A stretch of DNA of 64,000 bases from Chiloscyllium plagiosum (Eukaryota), in assembly GCF_004010195.1 (NCBI RefSeq), contig NC_057754.1, positions 8,987,728 through 9,051,727 on the forward strand, given 5' to 3'. Positions 62,725 through 64,000 of the stretch are shown here, piece after piece; positions within the stretch are counted from its first letter, which is position 1; each line of letters opens with the position of its first letter. Under the pieces are notes generated by a model. The model saw only the letters and a list, made by a program, of their open reading frames with translations. It had not been told where the DNA came from and did not search any database. Made by a program: the position numbers and the translations under genes.

Positions 62725-63118
62725 TGAGGCATGGAGTTGTGCAGCGCAGAGGCAGACCCTTCGGCTCAGCTTGTCTATGCCGACCAGGTTTCCCGGGCTG
62801 GACTTGACCCATTTGTCTGCATTTGGCCCTGTCTCTCTGGGCCTTTCCTGTTCATGTGCCTGTCTGGATGTCTAACCTGTCTGGATGTCTAATTATAGGT
62901 GTGCCTTCATCCACCACTTCCTCTTGCGGTTCATTCTGCAGGCTACCCTCTGTGTGGAGAGGTTGCCCCTTTGGTCACTATTGAATCTTTCCCCTCTTGC
63001 CTTGAATCTGTGCCCTCTGGTTTTTGGACTCCCCTATGCTTGAGGAGGATCCTTGGTTATTCGCCCTATCCCTTCCCCACGTGATTTTATGGATCTCTGT
63101 AGGGTCACATCTCGGCCT
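62725..63118 (-). mobile_element. CR1 3' tail with plus-strand A-to-G hypermutation
   Basis: Colinear with CR1 tails at 32850-33215, 51775-52110 and 55890-56130, but with many A replaced by G. Confidence 0.85.
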
Positions 63119-63982
63119 TGTTATGAAGTTGAAGGTGTGTACTGTACCTTTAGGAGAGAGTGAAAGCTGTCATGTGACAGAGTGTGTTGGAAATTTTAAA
63201 AATCTAACATTTAGCTATGAAACAAATAGCTGAGTTCACATGCTATGTTTTCACAACAATTTGAATTCAACCAATCAATTTAAATTATGCCCCAAGACAC
63301 TAAAACCCAATTGAATTTGAATGTTACTGTTTTGACAACATCGAGCCAATGAAACGATCTGATATTTTGAGGTATAAAAAGCAAGCATTTTGGACAGTTA
63401 GCCAAAGAGACAATGAACCCCTACTGCTATACAGACCGCCAGCAACCCTTCTCTCTGAAAGGTACCTTTTCATGTGAAACAGCTTTGCAGCAGAAGACTG
63501 AAGACAACCCAGGGAAATCTACAGAGGAGAATTGACACAGCTGGCTGGTTTTGAAAACTGACTTGCTGTAAATTTAGTTGGGGCTTTATTGGATCAGTAT
63601 ATTGTTGTGGAGCGGGAGGTAGACAACAAATTTAAGAGAAAGGAGGCTTACAATTGTAAATAGTTGTTGTTTAATGTTCTGTTTTGGAGTTAAAGATTAA
63701 CATTGTTATTCTTTCTTTAAATAGTGGGAGTTCTCACACTTTAGTAGATTATGAGGCAAGGTGAGCTTTTCTGTGTGGAGAAAGTGAGGACTACAGATGC
63801 TGGAGATCAGAGTCGAGGGTGTGGTGCTGGAAAAGCTTCATCGTGATGAAGGGCTTTTGCCCAAAACATCGATTCTCCTGCTCCTCGGATGCTGCCCGAC
63901 CTGCTGTGCTTTTCCAGCACCGCAGTCTTGACTCTGAACTTTTCTGTGTGTTTGGTTTAAGGATTTACCCTATGTCGTAACA
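63119..63982 (+). mobile_element. 5' LTR of an LTR retroelement
   Basis: Termini TGTTATGA...TCGTAACA (inverted), TATAAAA near 63373, followed by a PBS. Confidence 0.8.
63778..63938. mobile_element. Penelope-derived hairpin element inside the LTR
   Basis: 12-bp TSD CTTTTCTGTGTG (63766-63777, 63939-63950); left arm partly deleted; centre CTTCATC-GT-GATGAAG. Confidence 0.82.
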
Positions 63983-63985
63983 GTT

Positions 63986-64000
63986 TGGGGGCTCGGGTCC
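63986..64000 (+). other. tRNA-Pro primer binding site
   Basis: TGGGGGCTCG(GG)TCC versus the canonical TGGGGGCTCGTCCGGGAT, 3 nt after the LTR end. Confidence 0.7.

Noticed and set aside
62477..63084. ORFs 62477-62875 and 62899-63084
   Set aside because: Probably open because A-to-G changes removed stop codons in antisense CR1 sequence; no recognisable protein.
62725..63118. APOBEC editing or CpG decay as the cause of the hypermutation
   Set aside because: Those produce G-to-A or C-to-T; sister copies show A as ancestral and G as derived.

Overview
Vertebrate nuclear DNA, almost certainly from a cartilaginous fish (shark): HE1-type V-SINEs, abundant CR1 LINEs and shark-style C2H2 genes. Most of the window is nested transposon debris: CR1, L2, Rex1/Babar, RTE, several Penelope-like families, tRNA-derived SINEs, a Tc1/mariner MITE and Gypsy LTRs. 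There are two assembly gaps (48916-49415, 61373-62011). The host genes form a small tandem C2H2 zinc-finger cluster. It has three intact finger arrays (11, 10 and 7 fingers), each with a CpG/YY1/CCAAT promoter, plus three decayed paralogues, and no recognisable KRAB or SCAN domain. Least obvious signals: (1) a CR1 fragment at about 62.73-63.12 kb with massive strand-specific A-to-G hypermutation, the pattern expected from ADAR-hyperedited RNA written back into the genome; (2) hammerhead-ribozyme cores in at least three Penelope-like families, including near-perfect hairpin insertions with long target-site duplications that fold back at the ribozyme core; (3) a 10-finger ORF whose family-conserved ATG is replaced by ATT in a strong Kozak context. 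Everything was read by eye; no alignments or database searches were run, so repeat boundaries are approximate.
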